DNA of 64,000 nucleotides, taken from NCBI GenBank assembly GCA_038064975.1, contig JBBTRX010000002.1:128880-192879 (forward strand). The letters are read 5' to 3'. A program made the position numbers and the translations under genes. The notes under the pieces were generated by a model, which was given only the letters and a program-made list of their open reading frames with translations, was not told the DNA's origin and did no database searches. This DNA is from Patescibacteria group bacterium (GTDB taxonomy: Bacteria > Patescibacteriota > Minisyncoccia > UBA6257 > 1-14-0-10-40-38). Of this stretch, positions 1 to 8,694 are shown one piece after another (position 1 is the stretch's first letter; each line of letters opens with the position of its first letter).

Positions 1-405
1 CTGATGGTATTCCATCGTCTTCCAGAGCGCCATAAGCGTATGAATATCTTTTGCCTCAAAAATAACCTTCTGCTTGCACCGCTCCGCTTCGTCCGCAAGA
101 ATATGATCCGAGTCTTCTAATAATAGTTGAGCAGCCTCACGCGTAGGAGCCGTGGAATACACCGTTCCACGGAAACCTTCTTTTACAATTTTTGGAAGCC
201 GCCCTGTATGGTCAATGTGCGCGTGCGTGGGGAAAATAGCCGCAACTCTGGTGACGTCGTATAAAAACGGACTCCAGTTTTCGTTTTCACAAAAACCGCC
301 GCCTTGTTCCAATCCGCAATCAATGAGAATCTCTGTTCCGCCAGACTCCAAAAGATAATTAGCTCCTGTAACTGATTTTGCTCCGCCGTGGAATGTTAGT
401 TTCAT
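1..405 (-). CDS. MBL-fold metallo-hydrolase (N-terminal part; gene continues beyond window start)
   Basis: Minus-strand translation from ATG at 405 gives MKLTFHGGAKSVTGANYLLESGG...PTHAHIDHTGRLPKIV, carrying the HxHxDH metallo-beta-lactamase motif. The ORF runs off the window edge. Confidence 0.6.
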   Translation of the reverse strand, partial: MKLTFHGGAKSVTGANYLLESGGTEILIDCGLEQGGGFCENENWSPFLYDVTRVAAIFPTHAHIDHTGRLPKIVKEGFRGTVYSTAPTREAAQLLLEDSDHILADEAERCKQKVIFEAKDIHTLMALWKTMEYHQ

Positions 406-480
406 TGCTGTAATAATTCCACTATACCAGGAAAAGAAGGAGAATTTACAATGTACAATTCTCAATTTTCAATAAATTCA

Positions 481-660
481 GGTGAGTAAAGTATTTGAAG
501 CAGATCATTCTTATAGCTTTTCAAACATTTTACGTCTAAGCGAGTCATATTGTTTCAAAAGGTCATTCTGATAGCCCTTCAAGTATTTCAAGTCCAAGCG
601 AGTCATATTGTTTGAAAGGGTCATTCTGATAGCCTTTCAAACAATATGGCGAGCGAAACC
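481..660. repeat. Three tandem ~60-bp units of intergenic palindromic repeat family R2 (conserved loop GGTCATTCTGATAGC)
   Basis: Units beginning AAGCGAGTCATATTGTTT(C/G)AAA(A/G)GGTCATTCTGATAGCC. The third unit forms a perfect 16-bp stem, catattgtttgaaagg/cctttcaaacaatatg, around the conserved loop. Confidence 0.5.
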
Positions 661-685
661 TTATCCATTGTCCATTGTTTATTGT

Positions 686-1912
686 TCATTCTTCCCGCGT
701 CTCATTAAGAGCAGAAAGTACGGTCTCTTTATCACTCCACGCAGTCTTTTCTCCCTTCGGTCCGTGAATCCACCGCTCGCTCCCCTTTCCGGTAATAATT
801 ACAGTACTTCCTCGTTTCGCGATCGTGATTGCATGACGTATCGCCTCACCACGATCTACGATTTTTAATGTTTCTACTTTTTTCCCTCCTTCGGGAACGT
901 ATCCTTGGGCAATACTTTCAATAATCGCCATAGGCGGTTCGTCATACGGATCTTCGTTCGTCGCGATAATAGTTGAACAATACGCTCCAGCAATCTTGCC
1001 GAATGCAGGGCGTTTCCATACGTCTCTTCCCCCGCCTGCGGAACCTAAGACACAAATCATTTTCTTCTTTCCATCGGGATTCAGATTTTCGTACACAGCG
1101 TGGAGGGCATCCGGGGTGTGCGCATAATCAACAATAACGCGAAACGGTTTTTCTTGAATCACTTCCATTCTGCCCGGAACTCCTTTGAACGCGAGAATTG
1201 CGGGATAGATAATGCCTTGCGGAATTCCAAATACTTCCGCAACTCTTGCCGCAGCGGATGCATCGTCCGCATTAAACGGGCGAGCAAGCCATTCGTTTTC
1301 TTTTAAGGCGCGCTGAGGAAGCTGACGAAGCAATTGCTCTCCACTGAAATAATGAACTTCACCTAAACCGTGCACGGCGCGGAGAAAAGTGTCGCGTTCC
1401 CCGTCATGCTGGTTCAAAATAAAATGTTTTGCGATTTTTTTTGAACGCGTCGCGATATCACGGAAAAATCTAACCTTCGCGTCCCGATATTTTTCATATG
1501 AACCGTGCGCCTCAATATGTTCCGGATGGAGATTTAAAAATACTCCGCAATCAAAATGGATAAATCGATGCCGGTATTGCAAAGCGCCTTGAGAAGTAAC
1601 TTCTAAAATCGCGACAGTGCACCGATCACGGACTGCATCACGTAAAAACTTTTGAATCATAAAGCGCCCGGGCATCGTGTTCTCGGTCGGGTTATCGCGT
1701 ACACTCTCCCCGATTTGCATATGAAGAGATGAAAGTGCTGCCGTCTTTTTTCCTGCCGCTTCAAAAATAGCTCGTAAAATTTCTACCGCCGTTGATTTGC
1801 CCTTCGTTCCCGTGACTCCGATAACAATGAGTCTCTTTGACGGGAAACCGTAAATAATATTGCCCAAGAACGCTAAAAGAAAATGGTACGTACGCCTTAT
1901 GAAATGCAACAT
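686..1912 (-). CDS. murE: Mur ligase family protein, MurE-like (UDP-N-acetylmuramoyl-tripeptide synthetase), N-terminally short
   Basis: P-loop GVTGTKGKST and DYAHTPDAL motif typical of MurE-type Mur ligases. Length is 408 aa. Confidence 0.6.
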   Translation of the reverse strand: MLHFIRRTYHFLLAFLGNIIYGFPSKRLIVIGVTGTKGKSTAVEILRAIFEAAGKKTAALSSLHMQIGESVRDNPTENTMPGRFMIQKFLRDAVRDRCTVAILEVTSQGALQYRHRFIHFDCGVFLNLHPEHIEAHGSYEKYRDAKVRFFRDIATRSKKIAKHFILNQHDGERDTFLRAVHGLGEVHYFSGEQLLRQLPQRALKENEWLARPFNADDASAAARVAEVFGIPQGIIYPAILAFKGVPGRMEVIQEKPFRVIVDYAHTPDALHAVYENLNPDGKKKMICVLGSAGGGRDVWKRPAFGKIAGAYCSTIIATNEDPYDEPPMAIIESIAQGYVPEGGKKVETLKIVDRGEAIRHAITIAKRGSTVIITGKGSERWIHGPKGEKTAWSDKETVLSALNETREE

Positions 1913-1993
1913 GACAGTTATATTTTTTCTACTAATTTCTAAATACTAGTTTCTAGATTCTGTATCTTGTTATTGTATCACGTCAAAAAAAAG

Positions 1994-2035
1994 ACCCCGC
2001 CTCCTGTCATATACAGGGGGCGAGGTATGAACGCT
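1994..2035 (-). terminator. Rho-independent terminator for the GC-rich 124-aa gene
   Basis: On the minus strand a GC-rich hairpin (ccccgcctcctg...cagggggcgagg) is followed by a T8 run. Confidence 0.45.
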
Positions 2036-2053
2036 CCTTCCGAAGCTATGCGA

Positions 2054-2428
2054 CTACGCCACGCAGGCGACGTCCCATGTTGTCACGATCCGCTGAAGGA
2101 CCAGGTCTGCTCGACGCTTCTCGCGCGCCTTCCGTTGCTTGAGCCGAGCCTTGAGCTCTCTCTGAGTAAGGCACTTGAGACGCGTCTTGAGAGTAGATCG
2201 CAGTTCTTCTGGAACGCGACCCCAGAAGTTCGTCTCTTCCATGTTGTTTGACGAACTTTCGGCATCGGGTGCCTGGTTGTGGAAGCTCGCGAATTCTTCG
2301 CGAGATACCAAGCCATCACACACGCCATCTTCACAGCATGAGCCGTGATTTTGAAGCTCCAAGTCGAACTCGTGATCCTCCTCTGCGTCCTTTGCGCAGT
2401 AGTAAGACTCACTTTCGTTACCTTCCAA
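2054..2428 (-). CDS. hypothetical acidic/basic small protein in a GC-rich patch
   Basis: 124-aa ORF in a locally GC-rich segment (about 1.99-2.56 kb), followed by its own terminator. No recognisable motifs. Confidence 0.35.
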   Translation of the reverse strand: MEGNESESYYCAKDAEEDHEFDLELQNHGSCCEDGVCDGLVSREEFASFHNQAPDAESSSNNMEETNFWGRVPEELRSTLKTRLKCLTQRELKARLKQRKAREKRRADLVLQRIVTTWDVACVA

Positions 2429-2676
2429 AGAACTCCTCCGTTCTCCCGTGCGAGGGCACGGGACTCTCGTAGTGGTGAATGCTCACGACATCACTCGAGG
2501 CGATTCACTTCCACTATTATACCCCAATCTACTATTTTTGCAAGCCCTCCTAACTTTTAGAAAGTTGGGGAGGCAAGCCCTCCCCAAAATAAAGTATTTA
2601 CAATACTCAATTTACAATTTTCAATATTCTCATCTCTTGCTTCTTATTCATCGTTTATTGTCCATTGTTTATTATT

Positions 2677-3252
2677 TTACCGCTTAGTATTTTTTAAGGC
2701 CTCACGAAGGCGAGCTTTGAATCCTTGCACCTCTTTAGGAACTCCTTGCAGAGCTTGTTTCGCGTCCGTGCGAGAATACCCTAAACTCACGAGTGTTTCT
2801 TCCAATTCCACGTCGGATTCCATAAGCGTCACCAAGTCCTGACTCTTTCCCCAATTCATTTTGCCCTTGAGTTCAAGCACGATGCGTTCGGCTGTTTTCT
2901 TTCCGATTCCGGATGCGCGTGTAATAAGCTCCGTATGCCCGTCGTTAATCGCCGCTATTAGTTGCTCAGTATTTGCGATACTCATCACACCGAGTGCGGA
3001 TTTTGGTCCCACACCGCTTACAGAATTTAATTGTTCAAAAAATTTAAGTTCCAACTCGGTTTGGAAACCAAAAAGCTGAAGAGCGTCTTCGCGAACATGA
3101 AGATGCGTAAAGAGTTTAACTTCCGATCCGGTTTCGGGAAGATTCGCGAGTGTGTGTGCGGAAATCGCGACGCGAAAACTTATGCCGCCCGTTTCAACGA
3201 CAATAAAATTCTCTCGCTTCGCCCGCAATGTGCCTTGAATACCGTAGAGCAT
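2677..3252 (-). CDS. ruvA: Holliday junction branch migration complex subunit RuvA
   Basis: 191 aa with domain I/II HhH motifs (LNSVSGVGPKSALGVMS) and the C-terminal RuvB-interaction domain. Typical RuvA length. Confidence 0.85.
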   Translation of the reverse strand: MLYGIQGTLRAKRENFIVVETGGISFRVAISAHTLANLPETGSEVKLFTHLHVREDALQLFGFQTELELKFFEQLNSVSGVGPKSALGVMSIANTEQLIAAINDGHTELITRASGIGKKTAERIVLELKGKMNWGKSQDLVTLMESDVELEETLVSLGYSRTDAKQALQGVPKEVQGFKARLREALKNTKR

Positions 3253-3412
3253 AAAAATAATAACTGATGAAAGTATAATGTATAACGTATAAGGTATAAA
3301 GCGGAGAGAAAACTAATGTGCTTCAGCGCAAAGAAAAACCGCTCCGTGCGTTTGCCATTATTGGCATCGTGCACGGAGCGGGCTTGGGAAGAACGTTCAG
3401 GTGGTCAGGCGG

Positions 3413-3730
3413 TCAGGCGCTCGGGAGGTACGGAATGAGATCGAGCGCCTCGTCCGCGAGAGCGCCCACCTCTTCGTCGGTGAGACTCTCCAGGAAGACC
3501 GGGAGGCCTGCACGCCGGACGATCGCCTCGTTCACGGGACGCATGATCGCGACCGGCGTGAGAGACTGGATCGTATCCGCGAGAAGAACGCTGAGATTCG
3601 AGGTGATCGCGAGTGCTAGTAGCATGAGAAGCTCCTCCGAAAATAGGGTATTTGGCTTGTGAGCATAGTTGGGCCACTCACCCAACCGCTTGCTACCCTG
3701 ATTATAGCATAGTATATACCGATTTGTCAA
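3413..3730 (-). CDS. hypothetical protein (GC-rich segment; start uncertain, may begin at an internal Met)
   Basis: 105-aa ORF spanning a GC-rich stretch (3.40-3.65 kb). The opposite strand also has open frames, so coding status is uncertain. Confidence 0.25.
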   Translation of the reverse strand: MTNRYILCYNQGSKRLGEWPNYAHKPNTLFSEELLMLLALAITSNLSVLLADTIQSLTPVAIMRPVNEAIVRRAGLPVFLESLTDEEVGALADEALDLIPYLPSA

Positions 3731-3763
3731 TACCCTAAACGAGCAGTGTATTAAGGGCTTTTC

Positions 3764-3793
3764 TTGACAAAACTATCAATAAATAGCTATAGT
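3764..3793 (+). promoter_or_regulatory. sigma70-like promoter (TTGACA-18-TATAGT) upstream of paralog A
   Basis: TTGACA at 3764-3769, an 18-nt spacer, then TATAGT at 3788-3793. This lies about 55 nt upstream of the 3851 start. Confidence 0.4.
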
Positions 3794-3850
3794 GATTATC
3801 TAATCGTTCCGGATTAGCTACGTGCACCTTCAAAACCCCTATCGGAAGTA

Positions 3851-4498
3851 GTGATGCAAGACACAACCAGAGAAATCCGCAGATTAGCTCCGGATGACGA
3901 CGAAATACCTGAAGATTCACTAATGATAATGGAAAGAGTGGTTGCCGAGCTCTACGATGAAGTTGAAAGCGACGAAAGGGCATTCTCGGACCGCCTTCAT
4001 ATATACTTACTTGAACGTTTCGTACGATCGCGCGGCTCACGGAAAATATCCGCAAAAGAAGAGCTTTTCGGATATGATGATACCGCTCCAGAAAAAGAGC
4101 GGTGTATCGTATGCGCAAAGGAATTCCTGCCAAGGTTCTACACACTCATCGTAGAAGAGTCTAAGGGCATATGGATTAAGAAACCCAGCTCGGACGATCC
4201 CAGCAAATCAGTCCGCATCGGCAACTACCTTCTTTTTGAAAGAACGGTTGGACTTGATGTGGAAACCATAATTGTGGCGGCATGCGATTCTTGCATCGGA
4301 AGACTTCGGTGCAAAGATTTCAGAAACGGCATGCTCGTAGATCGACGGAAGAGGAACAAACGGCACACTATGACATATGCTGTAGCAAAGGCAAGAAAAG
4401 AAGAACGCGATGCGTTTATCCGCGCCACAAGAGAGCGCTTTGCCAGGATGGAACAAGCCGCGACGGCACGCATCCAGAGGTCGTTTACGAGAAGCTAG
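3851..4498 (+). CDS. hypothetical protein, member A of a tandem paralog pair with a four-Cys (CxxC...CxxC) putative zinc-ribbon
   Basis: Shares LFGYDDTAPxKExCxxCxxEFxPR ... IGNYLLF ... ETIIVAACDSCIxRLRxK ... KRHxxTY with the downstream ORF. Sits in a GC-richer patch. Confidence 0.55.
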   Translation: MMQDTTREIRRLAPDDDEIPEDSLMIMERVVAELYDEVESDERAFSDRLHIYLLERFVRSRGSRKISAKEELFGYDDTAPEKERCIVCAKEFLPRFYTLIVEESKGIWIKKPSSDDPSKSVRIGNYLLFERTVGLDVETIIVAACDSCIGRLRCKDFRNGMLVDRRKRNKRHTMTYAVAKARKEERDAFIRATRERFARMEQAATARIQRSFTRS

Positions 4499-4735
4499 AT
4501 AGAAAATCACAACATTGCCGTAGATTTGGACCGCACACCCCGCACCTTACGCCCATAAGGTGCGGATTTTTATAAAGAACCATATTCATATATTGATCTG
4601 TCTCCAGTAACAATCTACGACTTTCAAGCCGAAGATTGACATATATGAAAAGAGGATGTATAATAGAACTTGTTAATCGTTCTGGACTTTCTGGATCGAT
4701 TATTCGCCCCTTTTCAACTCTTTTTGGAGACAAAA

Positions 4736-5437
4736 ATGTCTGCTCATCAGAACGGCAACGCCCGAACTAATAGTGAGTCCAAACCCCACTCCAAGTCCCC
4801 TCTCAAATCCTTGGACGTCATGGAAGAAGACGTCGCTGACCTCTATGCCGAGATTGGTATGGACGGCGGTTCGTTTGCAGGACAACAGGACCTTTTCTTG
4901 CTCGGGCATTTCGTGAAATCGCGCGGCGGAAGAAAGGTGGCAATGATAGACAATCTCTTTGGCTACGACGACACCGCTCCCGCCAAAGAGCAATGCCTCA
5001 TGTGTGAACGCGAATTCCAACCCCGGCGCTTTGCAATCATCATGCACGATGGAAGCGGCAACTGGGATGTCATGACCGACCGAGACGATTCCAGCAAGCT
5101 GATCTCCAAAGGCAACTACACCCTCTTCGTCAAATGGAGTCGGGTGCATCCGTTCCCCCCCGAAGAAGTCGTGATCGTGCCCGCATGCAATCCCTGCGCC
5201 GAGAAATTGCGCACGAAGAAGCTCGAGAACGGAAAACTCGTGGAGAGGACGGACGGCAAGAAGCGGCATCTCCTGACGTATGGCGCAGCCCTGGCCGAAA
5301 AGGCAAGATTGGAGGAGAATGCTCGTTCTGAGCAGTTGCGCCTCGAACACGAGAGGGCAGAAGCAGAAGCAGAAGCAGAATCGATGCGACGCGCCCAAGG
5401 AGCTCGCATCATAAACCTCTTCAACAAGAAGAAGTAG
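4736..5437 (+). CDS. hypothetical protein, member B of the tandem paralog pair (four-Cys motif)
   Basis: Carries the same conserved blocks as 3851-4498 (LFGYDDTAPAKEQCLMCEREFQPR, KGNYTLF, VVIVPACNPCAEKLRTK, KRHLLTY). A C-terminal EAEAEAEAE tract is encoded by (gcagaa)n. A TATAAT box lies at about 4661. Confidence 0.55.
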   Translation: MSAHQNGNARTNSESKPHSKSPLKSLDVMEEDVADLYAEIGMDGGSFAGQQDLFLLGHFVKSRGGRKVAMIDNLFGYDDTAPAKEQCLMCEREFQPRRFAIIMHDGSGNWDVMTDRDDSSKLISKGNYTLFVKWSRVHPFPPEEVVIVPACNPCAEKLRTKKLENGKLVERTDGKKRHLLTYGAALAEKARLEENARSEQLRLEHERAEAEAEAESMRRAQGARIINLFNKKK

Positions 5438-5544
5438 GCTCGCCCACTCAACTACACCCCGCATTTGCCACCAGGCAGGTGCGGGGCTTTTCTTTTGTTT
5501 AAAAACATAACTAATAAAAACCGACTCATGCGTTTGTATGAGCC

Positions 5545-5640
5545 GATTACCTTATGACGCCATAAGTGAATGTTCTTTTCTCAAAACTACTCGCAGTTGC
5601 GATAGCAACGAGGACCTAGTTTTGAAAAAGAATATGAGCG
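5545..5640. repeat. Intergenic palindromic repeat family R1 copy
   Basis: ACCTTATGACGCCATAAGTGAATGTTCTTTTCTCAAAACTACTCGCAG...TAGTTTTGAAAAAGAATATGAGCG is about 90% identical to the copy at 21848-21935 and has an internal long inverted repeat. Confidence 0.55.
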
Positions 5641-5644
5641 AACG

Positions 5645-6697
5645 TTATTTTGCAAATGGATTCTTCGCGCCGTGCACTTCAAAGTGTAAGTGACAACTCG
5701 TCGGCCCGTTAGTATTTCCAGTATTTCCAACTTCAGCGATGAGCTGGCCTTTTTCAATATAATCGCCGATAGAAGCAATATTACTTTCCGTGTGCGCGTA
5801 CCGTGTGCGCGTACCGTTTGGATGTTCTATATCAACATATCCTCCATATCCCCCATTCCAATTATTAGGACTTCCCGTTTTAACAACCAATCCTTCAGCC
5901 GCGGCATAGATAGCAGTTCCACACGCGTTCGCGATATCAACCGCATTATTGGCATGGAGCTGTCCCCAATTCCATCCCGACGCTGGGAGCGTAAAGTATC
6001 CTTTCAAATCAGGAAGGTGCGCAGTCAAACTTGAACGTTCCTGCAAGCGACCTCCTGGAATAATGAGCTTCTCCCCTTCCATGATTGTTTCTGTCGCGAG
6101 CCGCGGATTTGCTTTTACAATCTCCTGCGGAGCAATGGAATAGAAGATCGCGATAGATTCAACACTTTCTCCAGCGGCAATTTCATGCAAAATGCCGGAT
6201 ACCGGAAGAATTGTGATCTCATCGCCCGGACGAATGACGTTTTTGCGCAACGTCGGATTTGCCCAGAGTAGCGTATTTAATGAAACACCATAACTTGCTC
6301 CAATATTGGAAAGCGTCTCTCCCTTCTGGACTTTATGGAGAATAATACCGTCGCGACGCGCGAAACGAGAATCCAAGGGATTTGCATGATGTACGAGTGC
6401 GGCACCGTCAAAAGCTCCGTATTCTTCGTCTTCCATAGTAAATACGTCAGCATGAACAGTATCAATCTCCGAAACCGCCTCCAGAAAGCCAAGATCATTA
6501 CTATTTTCCGAAGTTTCTTGAAGTGGTCCCCCGAAAACTGATGCTTGTGCGGAAAAAACTGCTTGCGACTCGCTTTGGAAAGCAAAGCCCAAGGTGATAA
6601 GGATAGTCCCAAAAAGGAAAACAACCGCTACTAGGGTTGTGGGATTAGCACGTTTTAGATTTTTGAGTATAGTACTAATACCCCAAAAGCATACCAT
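5645..6697 (-). CDS. LysM domain / M23 family peptidoglycan metalloendopeptidase
   Basis: N-terminal TM/signal, two LysM-like segments (KVQKGETLSNIGASYGVSLNTLLWANP; AAGESVESIAIFY), and a C-terminal M23 domain (HxxxD region GYGGYVDIEHPNGTRTRYAHTES...CHLHFEV). Start set at the internal Met to avoid overlapping pcrA. Confidence 0.8.
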   Translation of the reverse strand: MVCFWGISTILKNLKRANPTTLVAVVFLFGTILITLGFAFQSESQAVFSAQASVFGGPLQETSENSNDLGFLEAVSEIDTVHADVFTMEDEEYGAFDGAALVHHANPLDSRFARRDGIILHKVQKGETLSNIGASYGVSLNTLLWANPTLRKNVIRPGDEITILPVSGILHEIAAGESVESIAIFYSIAPQEIVKANPRLATETIMEGEKLIIPGGRLQERSSLTAHLPDLKGYFTLPASGWNWGQLHANNAVDIANACGTAIYAAAEGLVVKTGSPNNWNGGYGGYVDIEHPNGTRTRYAHTESNIASIGDYIEKGQLIAEVGNTGNTNGPTSCHLHFEVHGAKNPFAK

Positions 6698-6706
6698 GAA
6701 CCCCAA

Positions 6707-8506
6707 ATGAACCTCAACCCCAACCAAGAGAAGGCAGTAAATCACGGAGAAGGCCCACTTCTTATCGTAGCTGGCGCCGGATCCGGAAAAACAAAGACAT
6801 TAACCGCCCGTGTACTCCGACTCATTGAACGCGGCGTCCCACCGGAGGCAATTATAGCGATAACCTTTACTAACAAGGCAGCGAAAGAAATGCGCGCCCG
6901 ACTTTTCGCCCATCCAGACTTCCCTAAGAAGGTTTTTACCGCCCTTGGTCCTGCTCCATTTGTAGGAACATTTCATTCGCTAGGCGCTCGCATCCTCCGC
7001 GAGGAAGGAAAAGCGCTCGGGAGATCTGGATCATTTTCTATCTTTGATTCCGATGACGCCTTGCGCGCGCTTCGCCACACACTCAAAGATATGAATCTGG
7101 ATGATGAGCAGTATCCACCCGCACGCATCATTCGCAGTATTGAAGCCGTCAAAAATAAACTTTTAGACCCGCAGGAATATTTCGATCCAAGAAAATATCG
7201 AGTATTCGCCGCATATGAAAACTATATTGCAAAAAATAATGCATTTGATTTTGGCGACCTTATCCAAAAAGTCGTAACACTTTTTGATACAAATCCGGAA
7301 ATCAAAAAGTGCTATAACGAACGTTACACGCATATTTTAGTTGACGAGTATCAGGACGTGAATCTTGCGCAGTACCGATTAGTAAAATTACTCGCAGGAG
7401 CGCGAGGCAACGTGAGCGTCGTGGGCGACGATGCGCAAGCAATCTACGGATGGCGCCACGCCGACTTTACGAACTTCCTTAATTTTGAAAAAGATTGGCC
7501 GACCGCTTCCGTGGTGACGCTGGAAGAAAACTATCGATCAACGGAAACCATTCTCACCGCAGCAAACGCGGTTATTAAAAATAATGCATTCCAAAAGCCT
7601 AAAAATTTGTGGACGAGCAAAGCCGGCGGGCCAATGATTGTTGTTGCATCCGCCCCAAATGCCGAAGAAGAATCGTACTGGATTACCGAACAGATTATTG
7701 AAACACTCCGTGCTATCCCGCGGGCAGAGCGAACACAGGACGGGATAGCTATCCTCTACCGCACGAACGCACAGTCCAGATCAATAGAATCTGCGCTCGT
7801 TTCCGCAGGTATTCCCTACCGCATCTTCGGCGGAGTAAAATTCTATGAACGTAAGGAAATTAAAGATATTATCGCGGGGCTCCGCATAGCAGCGAACCCG
7901 AACGATCTCGTAAGCCGCGAGCGCATTGAAAAAACATTTACCAAAAAAATAGGTGCAAGCGTCATTGAAGCACTCTCCGGACAATCCCCTCGTTTGAATA
8001 TTTTGGAACTTATCACGCTTTTCCTTTCGCGCGGAAAATATTTTGAACTGCTGGAAAAAAAATTTCCCAACCTTGAAGAGCGTAAAGAAAACGTCAATGA
8101 GCTTCTCGCTGGAGCGGCAGATTTTACTGAACTTCCAGCGTTTCTTGAGCACGCATCCCTCATGCAATCGGGAGACGCGGAAAATGAAAAAGCCGCCGGA
8201 GGTGCGAGCGTAAACCTGATGACCATTCATCTTGCGAAGGGATTGGAATTTGATACGGTCTTTATCGCCGGCGCAAACGAAGGGCTCATCCCCCATCAAA
8301 TGTCCTTCAAGACACGCGAAGAAATGGAAGAAGAGCGGCGGCTTATGTATGTCGCAATGACGCGTGCAAGAAAAAATCTCCGCATCTCGTTTTTCCATAT
8401 TCCGTCCAGATTCCTCTACGAAATACCGGCAGAACTTACGGAGTATAGAGATTTAGGAGGGAGATCTGGAGGACTCCCCGAAGAAGATATTGTTTATCTA
8501 GATTAA
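6707..8506 (+). CDS. pcrA: ATP-dependent DNA helicase PcrA/UvrD family
   Basis: N-terminus MNLNPNQEKAV...LLIVAGAGSGKTKTL (helicase motif I), VDEYQD (motif II), and UvrD-family C-terminal motifs. Confidence 0.85.
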   Translation: MNLNPNQEKAVNHGEGPLLIVAGAGSGKTKTLTARVLRLIERGVPPEAIIAITFTNKAAKEMRARLFAHPDFPKKVFTALGPAPFVGTFHSLGARILREEGKALGRSGSFSIFDSDDALRALRHTLKDMNLDDEQYPPARIIRSIEAVKNKLLDPQEYFDPRKYRVFAAYENYIAKNNAFDFGDLIQKVVTLFDTNPEIKKCYNERYTHILVDEYQDVNLAQYRLVKLLAGARGNVSVVGDDAQAIYGWRHADFTNFLNFEKDWPTASVVTLEENYRSTETILTAANAVIKNNAFQKPKNLWTSKAGGPMIVVASAPNAEEESYWITEQIIETLRAIPRAERTQDGIAILYRTNAQSRSIESALVSAGIPYRIFGGVKFYERKEIKDIIAGLRIAANPNDLVSRERIEKTFTKKIGASVIEALSGQSPRLNILELITLFLSRGKYFELLEKKFPNLEERKENVNELLAGAADFTELPAFLEHASLMQSGDAENEKAAGGASVNLMTIHLAKGLEFDTVFIAGANEGLIPHQMSFKTREEMEEERRLMYVAMTRARKNLRISFFHIPSRFLYEIPAELTEYRDLGGRSGGLPEEDIVYLD

Positions 8507-8517
8507 AAAAGAAAATA

Positions 8518-8548
8518 AAAAACGAAGAATTTTTCTTCGTTTTTTATT
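8518..8548 (+). terminator. Rho-independent terminator after pcrA
   Basis: Hairpin aaaaacgaagaatttttcttcgttttt followed by a T-run. Confidence 0.55.
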
Positions 8549-8694
8549 ACCTTACGACACTATAAGTGAGTATTCTTTTCCCAAAACTAATCGTAATCTA
8601 AGCGAGTACACTCTTTAAAAAGGTCATTCTTATAGCTTTTTTAAGAGTGTACGAGCAGCTCTTATAGCTTTTTGAAAAGAATGCAAGCGACTAT
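8548..8694. repeat. Mosaic intergenic repeats (R1-like fragment plus R2 hairpin with GGTCATTCTTATAGC loop)
   Basis: ACCTTACGACACTATAAGTGAGTATTCTTTTCCCAAAACTA (R1-like), then AAGCGAGTACACTCTTTAAAAAGGTCATTCTTATAGCTTTTTTAAGAGTGTACGAGC, which has a covarying stem around the conserved R2 loop. Confidence 0.55.

Noticed and set aside
3318-3662. 114-aa plus-strand ORF rich in Arg/Ser/Ala
   Set aside because: It lies in the GC-rich patch where both strands are open, and its composition looks like a frame artefact. The minus-strand frame is more protein-like.
4700-5464. 254-aa minus-strand ORF antisense to paralog B
   Set aside because: It is GC-rich antisense frame noise, whereas the plus strand carries the conserved paralog blocks.
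5793-5820. Tandem 13-nt duplication gtgtgcgcgtacc x2 inside the M23 peptidase gene
   Set aside because: The frame is maintained and it encodes the expected GTRTRYAH catalytic-region residues. It is probably a coincidental direct repeat, not a frameshift or insertion.
6698-6745. First 16 codons of the listed M23 peptidase ORF overlapping the pcrA start
   Set aside because: A divergent start overlap is unlikely. The internal Met (6697) precedes the signal/TM segment, so the start was moved there.
7781-8398. 205-aa minus-strand ORF inside pcrA
   Set aside because: Antisense artefact within a confidently called helicase gene.
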